Shown here: piece by piece, positions 10,723 to 20,420 of the stretch
How the letters are laid out: each line of letters begins with the position of its first letter
Numbering within the stretch: position 1 is the first letter of the stretch
From: a virus
Length of the DNA: 54,692 bases
IMG/VR virus record: IMGVR_UViG_3300011008_000078
Strand: one strand, 5' to 3'
Notes under the pieces: generated by a model
The model's input: the letters and a program-made list of their open reading frames with translations, nothing else
Databases searched by the model: none
Told to the model about the DNA's origin: nothing
Program-made: the position numbers and the translations under genes

Positions 10723-10958
10723 ATATTCATAAACTTTTCATTAATAGTTTCTTTAGCATTAATTAATGCTTCTTTTTCAGTTTTAAATCCACCATAATAC
10801 ATACCATAATTACTTCCATCATTTAAAATAATATTCCAAACAAAATATTTCACATCATAATATGAACTATAAAATTTACTAGTTTCTATAGTAAATTGTT
10901 TGTATTGATGTTCACTTTTTGATATGAATTCATCGGAACTTAAACAAATATCATACAT
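10719..10958 (-). CDS. Hypothetical protein
   Basis: 79 aa ORF. Confidence 0.4.
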   Translation of the reverse strand: MYDICLSSDEFISKSEHQYKQFTIETSKFYSSYYDVKYFVWNIILNDGSNYGMYYGGFKTEKEALINAKETINEKFMNI

Positions 10959-11011
10959 ATAAATTGTCCTTTATTTATTCTTTTTCAAATTTATTACTGG
11001 ATTGTATTATT

Positions 11012-11242
11012 TTATTGACAATGCTGTCTTCCTCTTTCAATTATTTGTCTACAATAATAATCATTTCCACAAATACATGTACACATTGCTGCCAAAGCAG
11101 TAACCGCTAACACAAATGTTACCACTAACTGCATATGAAAACTATCTTTAAACATCTTCTCACAAAATATAGGAATAATTACCAATGCAAGAAATAATCC
11201 AAAAGCAACAATACCAAAAGATAGAATGATCCAAAAAGTCAT
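11012..11242 (-). CDS. Small two-pass membrane protein
   Basis: Two hydrophobic segments. Confidence 0.5.
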   Translation of the reverse strand: MTFWIILSFGIVAFGLFLALVIIPIFCEKMFKDSFHMQLVVTFVLAVTALAAMCTCICGNDYYCRQIIERGRQHCQ

Positions 11243-11262
11243 TTATTAGTTCCTTTCTATTT

Positions 11263-12066
11263 TTAATCTTTACATTTTAACAACATCTTATAATGTGTAT
11301 TAATATTTCTAACAAATTCATTTAATTCAGGATTTTTATTTAATTCAAAATCTTGTTTCCATTTATTTACAAGATATGGAAGTTTATAAAATGTTTGAAA
11401 TTCAATGCTATAACCAACTAAACCTTTTCGTATATTATTAATATCATAAGAAAGATAATTTTCTTTAACTTCTCTTTCCCAATTTTCAGTATACATATAT
11501 TTTAAAAGGAAATGAGCAATTTGCATTTCATAATCTTGGTGATGCCAAAGTTTATAAAATTCATTAAACTGCTTTGGATATTTTTTATTAAAAATATTTT
11601 TAATTTTATTATAATCATCAGTAGGTAAATAAAATCTAGTTCTATCAATAGAATTATACATCATATCTCTAATGGCAATATATTTAGGTCTTAATTTAAA
11701 TATATCCCATAAAATACTCTCATTAAAATAACTATATAATTCATGTATAACCGAATTTAATACAATACACATATTTTCTTCAAATAAACATGAACTCTCT
11801 TTAAATTCTTTAAAAGAAGAATAGCATATAAATCCCTTTTCTCTTGTTAATTCTCTCATTTTAGGATCATTGTCAATTCCAATATAATCAAAATCTAACC
11901 CACTTCTTTTCAAAAATTCCATAAAACTTCCATCTGCACATCCAACATCAACAATTGTATAAATGTCTTCTGGAAGATGAGACATAAACCACGCTTTATC
12001 AAAAAAAGTTTTTGACATCTTTGTTAGATAACAATTATAATTTATAATGTCAACAATATTACTCAT
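11263..12066 (-). CDS. SAM-dependent methyltransferase-like protein
   Basis: TIVDVGCADGSFMEFLKRSG...DYIGIDND (motif I and post-I). Confidence 0.65.
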   Translation of the reverse strand: MSNIVDIINYNCYLTKMSKTFFDKAWFMSHLPEDIYTIVDVGCADGSFMEFLKRSGLDFDYIGIDNDPKMRELTREKGFICYSSFKEFKESSCLFEENMCIVLNSVIHELYSYFNESILWDIFKLRPKYIAIRDMMYNSIDRTRFYLPTDDYNKIKNIFNKKYPKQFNEFYKLWHHQDYEMQIAHFLLKYMYTENWEREVKENYLSYDINNIRKGLVGYSIEFQTFYKLPYLVNKWKQDFELNKNPELNEFVRNINTHYKMLLKCKD

Positions 12067-12429
12067 AATTCTTTCTTTATTTGATTAAATTTATCAATTA
12101 TATTATCTATTTCAATTTTCATTGTTTCACTGATCTTAATTTTCAATAAAATCTTGTGTTCTTCATGATAATTTTTTTCATCATCATAAATAAAACCGCC
12201 TGTAATAATTTTTTTCTTCTTCGAAATCTTGTATTTCAAAATGATTCTTATTAGCTAAAAAATATGATAAATCATTTTTCTTAAAATAATTAGTATCATA
12301 ATTTCCTTTTATGGTTTTTACTTTATATTCATCAGAAGTTTCTTTAATAATTTCATAAAGAAACTCTTCTTTATATATTTCTATTCTTTTAAAATTTAAA
12401 GTTTGTCGATAAATAAAAATAAATTTCAT
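12063..12429 (-). CDS. Hypothetical protein requiring +1 frameshift at CGG (12196..12198)
   Basis: ORF 12184..12429 hits TGA four codons after an in-frame CGG; +1 frame continues GFIYDDEKNYHEEHKILLKIKISETMKIEIDNIIDKFNQIKKEL and its TGA overlaps the next gene's ATG. Confidence 0.65.
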
Positions 12430-12476
12430 ACTTTAAATTCCTTTCTCTTTTATTTTATATAAATAATTTATTCATT

Positions 12477-12827
12477 TTAAATATCCTTTAACATTTCATC
12501 CATAATCTTATGAAATTCTTTTGACATTTTAAGTCCATATCTCCAATGTTTAATCATGATATCATTTGAATTAACATTACAATTATCTATATCAAGATCA
12601 TTTAAAAATTTGGAATATTCTGAAAAAAGTTTCATAATCTTTGAAAATGCTTCATTTTTGTAATGAAGTTCATTCTGATACTTCTTAACCAAATTCACTA
12701 ACTTTTCAACAGTTTCAATATTAACTTCAAATCCTTCATAAAATTGAGGTTTCATAGGATCCGCAAAACTTTTAGATTCATGATTCATAGCTTCATACAT
12801 ATCTGCAGCAATTTGATTAATACCCAT
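12477..12827 (-). CDS. Hypothetical protein
   Basis: 116 aa ORF. Confidence 0.5.
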   Translation of the reverse strand: MGINQIAADMYEAMNHESKSFADPMKPQFYEGFEVNIETVEKLVNLVKKYQNELHYKNEAFSKIMKLFSEYSKFLNDLDIDNCNVNSNDIMIKHWRYGLKMSKEFHKIMDEMLKDI

Positions 12828-12830
12828 TGT

Positions 12831-13162
12831 TTAAATCCTTTCTATTTCACATGGAGAAAATGTAATTTTATATATTTTATTATTACCTACATTAGTTGCA
12901 TATTTTATATCTGTTCCTTTACCAATAACTTCAACTATTTCTGTTTCAACAAATTTACCTTTGTAAGCAACTTTAACTTTATCACCAACTTCAAATCTAT
13001 CTTCTATAAAATGATTACAAGTATCATAAAATTTACAGAAGTATCATCGATAATACAAATACTATTCAAATCACTAAAATAATCACAATTTTTACAAGAT
13101 TTACTGTGTTGTTTAACCTTTGTAAATTTTAGTTTTCTATATTTCCAACCAATAGTATTCAT
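12831..13162 (-). pseudogene. Cys-containing hypothetical protein split by a -1-type frame change near 13037
   Basis: Hand translation: MNTIGWKYRKLKFTKVKQHSKSCKNCDYFSDLNSICIIDDTS / CKFYDTCNHFIEDRFEVGDKVKVAYKGKFVETEIVEVIVGKG...; no CGG at the junction. Confidence 0.5.
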
Positions 13163-13219
13163 ATATTTCCTTTCTATTACATTTAAATCCTTTCAATATT
13201 TTACATATCAAAATTATAT

Positions 13220-13432
13220 TTATTGATTTCTAAATCCTTTGAATAAATCTTTAAAAAAATCTGAAATATCTTCTTTAAAAGCATCACTAATAGCAAATGT
13301 ATAAATCACATAAAGAAGTAAAATTATCAAAACAATAGTCAAACCAATTACCAACCAAAATCCACTATTACCCATATTTGTATTACCATTATTTATAAAA
13401 ATAGGTATAGGTATGGGTACAGCTATATTCAT
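13220..13432 (-). CDS. Small membrane protein
   Basis: Central hydrophobic segment GFWLVIGLTIVLIILLLYVIYTF. Confidence 0.5.
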   Translation of the reverse strand: MNIAVPIPIPIFINNGNTNMGNSGFWLVIGLTIVLIILLLYVIYTFAISDAFKEDISDFFKDLFKGFRNQ

Positions 13433-13453
13433 TTTTAATACTCCTTTTTGTTT

Positions 13454-13487
13454 ATATTATAATATAATAGAAATAATTAAAAAACAA
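13454..13487. promoter_or_regulatory. Recurrent AT-rich promoter-like element (copy 1)
   Basis: tatattataatataatagaaat, immediately upstream of the minus-strand gene starting at 13432. Confidence 0.35.
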
Positions 13488-13494
13488 ACAATAA

Positions 13495-13740
13495 TTAATC
13501 ATCATCATTAACAAAAAAAGCGTGTAAACAGCCAGTCCAACCTCCTATAATATATCCAATACCTCTAATAACAAGAAATAATGGAGCTAACATTATTACC
13601 ATATACCATATAGACATTAAAATACATTTTAATATCCAACAACCAAATGGTGCTTCTCCTTCAATAAACATCCATGTAAATATATTAGTATTATTGTAAA
13701 TCCAACTACAATTAGCATCAAACCATCTAAATAACCACAT
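13495..13740 (-). CDS. Membrane protein
   Basis: Hydrophobic segments. Confidence 0.45.
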   Translation of the reverse strand: MWLFRWFDANCSWIYNNTNIFTWMFIEGEAPFGCWILKCILMSIWYMVIMLAPLFLVIRGIGYIIGGWTGCLHAFFVNDDD

Positions 13741-13744
13741 AATT

Positions 13745-14038
13745 TTATATCCTTGCTCCTCCTAAACAACGTAACATTATAAAAATATAATTTACAAATG
13801 CCCAAAGACCAATAAAAATTATAACAATACCTATACCAGATCCAATAATTCCACTAATAACAGGTCCAATAAATGGTATTTTATGTATACCATTTAATAT
13901 ATTATTAATTGTTAATGATCCAATAAATTCAATAGCTAATATAGCTAAAATAATTGGAGAAATTACTATAAGTGTTAATATTCCTCCAACAACAATAAAT
14001 AAAAATATTTGAAATAATAAAAATAATAATAACCACAT
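13745..14038 (-). CDS. Membrane protein
   Basis: Several hydrophobic segments. Confidence 0.5.
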   Translation of the reverse strand: MWLLLFLLFQIFLFIVVGGILTLIVISPIILAILAIEFIGSLTINNILNGIHKIPFIGPVISGIIGSGIGIVIIFIGLWAFVNYIFIMLRCLGGARI

Positions 14039-14043
14039 AATAT

Positions 14044-14180
14044 TAATGATTTAATCTCCATTCAATACAACGTTTAAGATAATCAAGATATTCATTATCT
14101 CTACACATACCTTTTGTTGGTGTATTACTAATTTTTGCTACTGGTGCTCCATTACATTCAGTCATTTTCATTACAATGTT
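14044..14180 (-). pseudogene. Duplicated C-terminal 45-codon remnant of pncB
   Basis: Hand translation NIVMKMTECNGAPVAKISNTPTKGMCRDNEYLDYLKRCIEWRLNH* matches the C-terminus of the intact PncB at 15293..16501 (NIVMKVTECNNHSVAKISDVDGKCMCRDFQYLDYLKRCIDWRLKH*). Confidence 0.9.
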
Positions 14181-15143
14181 TCATTCCTTTTTTAAATCCT
14201 AATTTTATATATGCATTTAAATCTGTTGGTAATATCATTTTTCTAATATTTAATTTAGGATGATGAATCCAAATCATATTTTTTGGTGTAAATAAATTTT
14301 TATTATTAATTTTTCCACTTCCTAATATATAACCTTTATTTAAATAATAATTTAAATCTGATTTTTTTATATAAAGAGCTTCATTAGTTTTTATATTTTT
14401 TACCCAAATTTTTAATTTACCTAAAATATATCCATTGTTTAAATATTCTGATAATTTATTTTCTGGTATAAAATATGATTCATTTGTTTTAATATTAGAT
14501 ACTAATTTTATTGTTTTTATTTTTCCTTGTTTAAATCCAATTGGACATTTTTAGCATAAACTTCAATTTTACCGTTATTAAATAGTGTTAAATCTCTAGT
14601 AAATTGCCAACCATCATTTAAATATTTTTGTATATCTTCTTGTTTAATTAATTTTTTAATATTTAGCTTTTTATTATACATTGATCTACTTCCAAATCTT
14701 CCATTATTTTCTCCAGAACAATCTGCATGATTTTCACTTATCTTTTTTCTATATTCATCTGAATAAATACCTTTTTTACCTTTATTCCAAGCTATTCTTC
14801 CAATATTTAAACGAGATAATTCTAATTTTAATTTTTCATATGTAGTTGCAGTAATAAATGTTTGTCCGTTATTAATATGACAAGTAAATAAAAAAGCATT
14901 TACCATTTTTTTATAATAACTATGATTTGCTCCGTATTTAATTTTATAAAATTTCATAAGTAAATGATGAGCAACATAATGTTCCTTTGCTGTTAAATTA
15001 ATAATATTATTTTTGTCTTTACCTAATTCAGGATAAATTGAATATGGCTTAATATGATGTGCTTCACAATAACATTCTTTTTTAAAGATTGGATTTAATT
15101 GTCTTTTTAAAATAAGACTATTATAGATTTTTTCATAATTCAT
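14158..15143 (-). pseudogene. HNH homing endonuclease-like gene interrupted by a -1-type frame change near 14545
   Basis: Listed ORF 14517..15143 has EAHHIKPYSIYPELG...AKEHYVAHHLL; alternate frame continues CPIGFKQGKIKTIKLVSNIKTNESYFIPENKLSEYLNNGYILGKLKIWVKNIKTNEALYIKKSDLNYYLNKGYILG... Confidence 0.75.
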
Positions 15144-15292
15144 TTTTAATTTCCTTTATTTTTAAAACGTTATTGTCAGTAACGTTTATTATAATATATT
15201 TATTAAAATTGTGGTTAGAAATTAATAAATGAATAAAAATTAATTTCAAATTGCCTGACAAACAATCTGTCCCACAATACTATTTTTATTTA

Positions 15293-16501
15293 TTAATGTT
15301 TTAATCTCCAATCAATACAACGTTTAAGATAATCCAGATATTGAAAATCTCTGCACATACATTTACCATCAACATCACTAATTTTTGCTACAGAATGATT
15401 ATTACATTCTGTTACTTTCATAACAATATTTAATGGTTCTTCATTAATATCATTTGATAAATATGTTCCTATACCAAATGCAACATGACATTTTCCTTCA
15501 TACTCTTCATATAAATCAGCTGCTTTTTCAAAATTTAATGAATCACTAAAAAGTAATGTTTTAGTCTTAGGATCAATTCCTAATGATTCATAATGTTTTA
15601 ATATTTTATCTGCCCAAGTATATGGATTACCACTATCATGTCTTACACCACTGAATAATGTTGCATAAGTTAAATTAAAATCTTTTAAAAATGTATCAGT
15701 TTTAATACAATCTGTAAGATAAATACCATTTCTTGTTTGATATTCATCTGTCCAAACTTCCATAACTAATTTATTTGAATAGGCAGGGTTATACATTTGA
15801 TCGCCCTGACCAATACATTGAATAAATTCATGCGCCATTGTTCCAACAGCTTTCACGTTATGTCTCTTTGCAAGATAAACATTAGAAGTACCAACAAAAT
15901 TAGGTGCATTATTCTTTAAATAACCAACCAACCAATCCTGAGTAGCACTACTATATCTACGTCTTAAACCAAATTCAGAAAAAGGCCCAATAACTAAATC
16001 AGTTTTAATTCTATTAACCTTTTCTCTAGTTTTTTCTATAAAAACATCTTCATTAGCGCGTACACCATTTTTAAATGCAAAATATACTTCATTTACAATA
16101 GCAAGAATTGGAATTTCATACATACTTGTATTTAACCAAGTTCCTCTTGATTCAATAGCTAATCCACAATCATTATATGGAATAATATCATTTGTATTAA
16201 CATAAATTTCATTCTTATCTGGATGCCAATATTTAAGAAAATTAATATATCCAGTACTTAACCAAGGAAAATTAACTTTAAGCCATTCAAGCTCTTCATC
16301 TGTAAATTTTAAAGAACAAAAATGATCAATTTGTTCTCTAATTTCTCGTACCATTTCTGAAGTAAACTTTACATCAATATTTCTACATTTAAATGACCAA
16401 GTAGTAACATAATCATTAAATCTTTTAAAAATAATATTTCCCATGTTGTATTTATAAGCATCATTAGATAATAAAGAAGTAAAAATTGGAGCAAGTTTCA
16501 T
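15293..16501 (-). CDS. pncB: Nicotinate phosphoribosyltransferase
   Basis: SNDAYKYNMG, FGLRRRYSSATQ, GTMAHEF, FSGVRHDSGNPYTWADK, LLFSDSLNF, FGIGTYLSND. Confidence 0.92.
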   Translation of the reverse strand: MKLAPIFTSLLSNDAYKYNMGNIIFKRFNDYVTTWSFKCRNIDVKFTSEMVREIREQIDHFCSLKFTDEELEWLKVNFPWLSTGYINFLKYWHPDKNEIYVNTNDIIPYNDCGLAIESRGTWLNTSMYEIPILAIVNEVYFAFKNGVRANEDVFIEKTREKVNRIKTDLVIGPFSEFGLRRRYSSATQDWLVGYLKNNAPNFVGTSNVYLAKRHNVKAVGTMAHEFIQCIGQGDQMYNPAYSNKLVMEVWTDEYQTRNGIYLTDCIKTDTFLKDFNLTYATLFSGVRHDSGNPYTWADKILKHYESLGIDPKTKTLLFSDSLNFEKAADLYEEYEGKCHVAFGIGTYLSNDINEEPLNIVMKVTECNNHSVAKISDVDGKCMCRDFQYLDYLKRCIDWRLKH

Positions 16502-16565
16502 ATTTATTTTCCTTTCTTTTTATTAAAAATCGTATATATTATTAATATAACATGTAAAAATAAAA

Positions 16566-16593
16566 AGTAAACCATAAAAAATCATGGTTTACT
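16566..16593. terminator. Hairpin between the SPFH gene and pncB
   Basis: AGTAAACCAT-aaaaaatc-ATGGTTTACT, perfect 10-bp stem. Confidence 0.5.
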
Positions 16594-16618
16594 AAATTAT
16601 TAAATATATTTGTAATTT

Positions 16619-17833
16619 TTACTTGGTAGTATTTAATGTTTTTGTCTTTTCAATAATCATTAAATTAATTAAATTTTCAATTGGATTATTTAAATTAGAA
16701 CCATTTCCACCAATAATCATAGTTGTTGGAAGTTTCATTTTACTAATACCATCAGCAAGAGCTTTAGCTACATTAACTTTAGTATTCATATTAAATTCTA
16801 GCTTAACTTTTTCAGATTCAGTAATAGCACCAGAAAGTTTAATTTCTTGTTCTTTAGCTTTAGCTTCTGCAATTTTTTGATCTGCTTGAATCTTAACAAT
16901 TTCCAGTCTAGTGGCTTCTTCTTTACGTTGAATTTCTGCAACTTCCAACTTTTTATTAGCTTCAATTGTTGCTTGTTTCTTTGAAAGTTCTGCAACAGCA
17001 ACTTCCTGTTTTGCCTTAATTTCAGCTAATTCCTTTTGTCGCTCAGCATCAGTAATTGCCTTAATCTTTTCGACTTCAGCCTTACCTTTTGATTCAGCTA
17101 CTTGACGTTCATAATCAGCAACAGTCTTTTCCTTTTGCATAACTAAATTTAACTTTTCGGCTTCTGCAGTTTTCTTCTGTAAATCAGCTTCTTGTGCCTT
17201 TTTATATGCCTGAATTGTAAGATCATCAAACGTAATATCAGTAATTGTAAACTGTGTAATATCAATACCTAACGCTAAATAATCTGGATTATGCAGTAAT
17301 ACCTTTCTAATCTTTTCTGCAAATTCTTCACGCTTTTCAATAGCTTCAGATGACGTAATTAAACCTGCTTCTCTCATAGTTACTTCACGAATTGTTGCTA
17401 AAATTCTACGATCAATAATATCATCTGCATTTCCTTGTGCAAGTTCATGCATCTTAATAATCTTATCTCGTTCAATATTAATATTATATGTTACTTGTGT
17501 ACTAATATCTCCTTGTCCTTTATTTGAGAAAAATACATGTACCCCATCTTTATCTTTTGATTCGGCTTGAACAAAACTAAATGCTACTTGATTTGTCTTT
17601 TTATATGTCCAAATCTTTGGAAAAAACTTAAAATAAATACCACCATCACTTCTAATTTCAATATCACCATTTAGTGACTGAATTACTTGTACATTTTGTA
17701 TATTATTACTATGCATACATGAAAATGATAAAATAAAAGCTAATACAATTACTATTCCACATGTAATTCCAAAAATATTTTTCTTCATATTAATCCCTTT
17801 CAATTTCTTTAAGTTGTTCTTTTTCTTTTTCAA
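16619..17833 (-). CDS. SPFH/Band 7/prohibitin-like membrane-anchored protein
   Basis: N-terminal TM/lipobox-like segment, SPFH-like core, long Ala/Glu/Lys-rich coiled coil. Confidence 0.8.
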   Translation of the reverse strand: MKKKKNNLKKLKGINMKKNIFGITCGIVIVLAFILSFSCMHSNNIQNVQVIQSLNGDIEIRSDGGIYFKFFPKIWTYKKTNQVAFSFVQAESKDKDGVHVFFSNKGQGDISTQVTYNINIERDKIIKMHELAQGNADDIIDRRILATIREVTMREAGLITSSEAIEKREEFAEKIRKVLLHNPDYLALGIDITQFTITDITFDDLTIQAYKKAQEADLQKKTAEAEKLNLVMQKEKTVADYERQVAESKGKAEVEKIKAITDAERQKELAEIKAKQEVAVAELSKKQATIEANKKLEVAEIQRKEEATRLEIVKIQADQKIAEAKAKEQEIKLSGAITESEKVKLEFNMNTKVNVAKALADGISKMKLPTTMIIGGNGSNLNNPIENLINLMIIEKTKTLNTTK

Positions 17834-18020
17834 TTTGATTAATTCGTTCTTTTACTTCATTTTTAATATCCTTTCGTTTATTTTCAACCTTATTATATTC
17901 ATCTATTAATTCTTTATCATTAATTAAATTAAATTTAATACATATAAAATTTATTAATTTAAAAATAGGATAAAATAATATACAAATAATTACAAAAATA
18001 AATAATAATCTAAATAACAT
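17790..18020 (-). CDS. Small membrane protein with C-terminal coiled coil
   Basis: Hydrophobic N-terminus followed by charged helix. Confidence 0.45.
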   Translation of the reverse strand: MLFRLLFIFVIICILFYPIFKLINFICIKFNLINDKELIDEYNKVENKRKDIKNEVKERINQIEKEKEQLKEIERD

Positions 18021-18225
18021 GTTTATTAATCTCCCAATTTATGGTAATTGTTTTTGTTATTTGTTCTTGTTCAATTAATTGTTTTTCATGTTCAATAATT
18101 TCACCAAGTTTACCATCTCGATGAGCTTGTTCATATTTAATACCAGCTGTACCAATATTTCTCATTGGACAATTACTACAATCTGTTTTTACACAATGAC
18201 AAATTCTAATATCATCTTCATACAT
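18010..18225 (-). CDS. Small Cys-rich hypothetical protein
   Basis: ICHCVKTDCSNCPM. Confidence 0.4.
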   Translation of the reverse strand: MYEDDIRICHCVKTDCSNCPMRNIGTAGIKYEQAHRDGKLGEIIEHEKQLIEQEQITKTITINWEINKHVI

Positions 18226-18246
18226 AATTATTTTATCTCCTTATAT

Positions 18247-18612
18247 TTAAGCTTTCCAAAATACTAAACCTGCTCTAGTATCATTATCAAGTTCTTTTAC
18301 CGTTTTTCCACCATCTTCAATAAACATATCATCTGGAAGTAAATTCCAAATCCAAATAGGAATTAACATTTTATCTTTATTTTCATCAAAATATCTAAAT
18401 CCAAGAATCAATTTTTCTTCATTTGAAAGTGCAAATACTTTTCTCCAAAAATATTCATCATGCCCATCTTTTTCAGTTTCAAAAGCTTCATCAATTTCTT
18501 TACAACGAAATTCATTACTCCATGTATTAGAATATGCAACTCCTGATCCAGAAATATTTAAAATATGTGTCATAATCCTAGCAGCTTCTTCAAAAATAGG
18601 TCTATGTTCCAT
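18247..18612 (-). CDS. Hypothetical protein
   Basis: 121 aa ORF. Confidence 0.5.
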   Translation of the reverse strand: MEHRPIFEEAARIMTHILNISGSGVAYSNTWSNEFRCKEIDEAFETEKDGHDEYFWRKVFALSNEEKLILGFRYFDENKDKMLIPIWIWNLLPDDMFIEDGGKTVKELDNDTRAGLVFWKA

Positions 18613-18651
18613 AATTAATTCTCCTTTAATTAATATATAAAGTGTAAATCA

Positions 18652-18995
18652 TTAAATTTCATATATACCAAATCCTCCTCCAATTATAGTATTATGTTTA
18701 ATACTAAATACAATTTCATTATCTGGATTATCTTTAAATAAATGAATAAATTTAAATGGATGTTTTTTTGTTATTGAAAAATCAATTTCTGGAAATAAAT
18801 TTTTAAATTGTGATAATAAATTCTTACATTTTCTTGATTTTTTTAAAATAGAAATATTTCCATTACCATTACTATATATTAAATAACTTTTATTGTTATC
18901 TTTATCTATAATAATAATTTTTTCCCTATCATCATAATTGGACTATGCCATTCAGTATACCATTTATTAACTATATATTGTTCTTCTATTGTCAT
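18652..18995 (-). pseudogene. Hypothetical gene with a -1-type frame change near 18940
   Basis: Hand translation MTIEEQYIVNKWYTEWHSP / NYDDREKIIIIDKDNNKSYLIYSNGNGNISILKKSRKCKNLLSQFKNLFPEIDFSITKKHPFKFIHLFKDNPDNEIVFSIKHNTIIGGGFGIYEI*; no CGG at junction. Confidence 0.5.
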
Positions 18996-19010
18996 AAAAC
19001 CTATCTTTAA

Positions 19011-19790
19011 TTATTTAATTTTTACTTTTGGAATGTTTATCATTTGTCTTTTAAATTCGCTTTTTTCATGTAATTCTCGTATTTTATTAAAATTTTTGGT
19101 TTTTGAAAATTGTCCATTAAGTTCATCATATTTATAAAAACCATTACATTTAATATAATTTCTTATATCTTCATAAGTTACACCTAGTTTTTCTTCATCA
19201 GATTTTCCACTTAATCCATCTGAAGGTGTTTTATAAATTAATTCTTCTGGTAATCCTAAATCTTTACCTACTAAAATAACTTCCCATACTTCTAAATTGA
19301 CTAAAGGTGCAAAATCACCAACAGTATCACCCCATAATGTCCCATAACCAACAAATGCTTCACTGGCATTGGTTGTATTAATAACTCTTCCACCATCAAT
19401 ACTTTGTGCAACTGCATATAATGAACTCATTCTAAGTCTTGGTTGTAAATTAATTTCAGCGTTTTCTGAAATATCATCATATTTCATTGTATGATTAGCT
19501 TGATATTTAATAATGTTTTTAATTGAAGTATATGCATCAGATATATTAATAGTAATATGTTCAATATTTAAAAATTCACAAAGTTTATATGAATCTTCAA
19601 TATCAGATTGTTCACCGCAAGGCATTAATACTCCTAATACATTTTCTCTTCCTAATGCCTTTACACATAAAGCAGCAGCAACTGACGAATCTTTTCCACC
19701 ACTAATTCCAATTACTGCAACTTTACCATTTATATTTTTAAAATATTTTTTAATACCTTCAATTAATTTATTAGTTATATCCATATACAT
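19011..19790 (-). CDS. nadE: NAD synthetase
   Basis: VIGISGGKDSSVAAAL PP-loop, NTTNASEAFVGYGTLWGDTVGDFAPL, KTPSDGLSGKSDEEKLGVTYEDI. Confidence 0.93.
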   Translation of the reverse strand: MYMDITNKLIEGIKKYFKNINGKVAVIGISGGKDSSVAAALCVKALGRENVLGVLMPCGEQSDIEDSYKLCEFLNIEHITINISDAYTSIKNIIKYQANHTMKYDDISENAEINLQPRLRMSSLYAVAQSIDGGRVINTTNASEAFVGYGTLWGDTVGDFAPLVNLEVWEVILVGKDLGLPEELIYKTPSDGLSGKSDEEKLGVTYEDIRNYIKCNGFYKYDELNGQFSKTKNFNKIRELHEKSEFKRQMINIPKVKIK

Positions 19791-19859
19791 ATTTTTAATT
19801 CCTTTCTTTAATTTATATTATTAATATAATATTAAATTATTTAAATTTAAATAAAAATA

Positions 19860-19889
19860 AAGGTTATAGAAACAAATATCTATAACCTT
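19860..19889. terminator. Hairpin terminator-like element
   Basis: AAGGTTATAGA-aacaaata-TCTATAACCTT followed by T-rich tract. Confidence 0.6.
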
Positions 19890-19919
19890 TTTAATATTTA
19901 AAAATTATTTAATTAAAAA

Positions 19920-20372
19920 TTATTCAGCTTCACAATATTTACGAACTAATTTACGTAATTTACCTTCAATTTGATTAAGTGCAACTACAGTTTTTGCATC
20001 TTCTTTATCTAACCATTTTGCTACTTTAAACATAAAATTACGACGATTTTCATGATTTGGATTTTCAATCATTTCATTAAAATCCTGTTGTAAAGATACA
20101 TAACGATTAAAATTCAAATTTAATTCAGCAAATTCTTCCATGATTTTGGAAATTTTAACTGCAAATTCAGGATTCTTAAATAACTCTTCTATCTTTAATT
20201 TCATTGCAGTTAAACTTTCTTTATCTTTCTTATACATATATAAAAGATCTTCAACAGCTTTACGTTTTTCTTCTTTCCACTTCATTTCATCTAATACACT
20301 TTTCATAATAGGCATCATAATCATTTTGTGCTTCAGATTCTTCACAAATAAGACTATTAAATAACTTTTCAA
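19920..20372 (-). CDS. Hypothetical helical protein
   Basis: 150 aa ORF. Confidence 0.5.
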   Translation of the reverse strand: MKSYLIVLFVKNLKHKMIMMPIMKSVLDEMKWKEEKRKAVEDLLYMYKKDKESLTAMKLKIEELFKNPEFAVKISKIMEEFAELNLNFNRYVSLQQDFNEMIENPNHENRRNFMFKVAKWLDKEDAKTVVALNQIEGKLRKLVRKYCEAE

Positions 20373-20420
20373 ATTTTGTTACCATAATAAATATATCCTT
20401 TTTTATTTATATATTAATAT

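Noticed and set aside
12744-13082. Plus-strand 112-aa ORF
   Set aside because: Antisense to 12477..12827 and to the Cys-containing minus-strand gene; Phe/Ile-rich antisense signature.
14517-15143. HNH gene frame break as another CGG event
   Set aside because: Junction is AAAAATGTCC with a -1/+2 change and no CGG, so it is not counted in the recoding set.
13495-15292. Group I intron containing the HNH gene within pncB
   Set aside because: pncB upstream is already complete with its own stop, and I could not identify intron core elements by eye; duplication is the safer description.
16623-17001. ORFs 16623..16880 (+) and 16798..17001 (-)
   Set aside because: Overlap the SPFH gene in other frames; no independent support.
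18079-18267. Plus-strand ORF
   Set aside because: Antisense overlap, no motif.
19513-20364. Plus-strand ORFs 19513..19824 and 20140..20364
   Set aside because: Antisense to nadE and 19920..20372.
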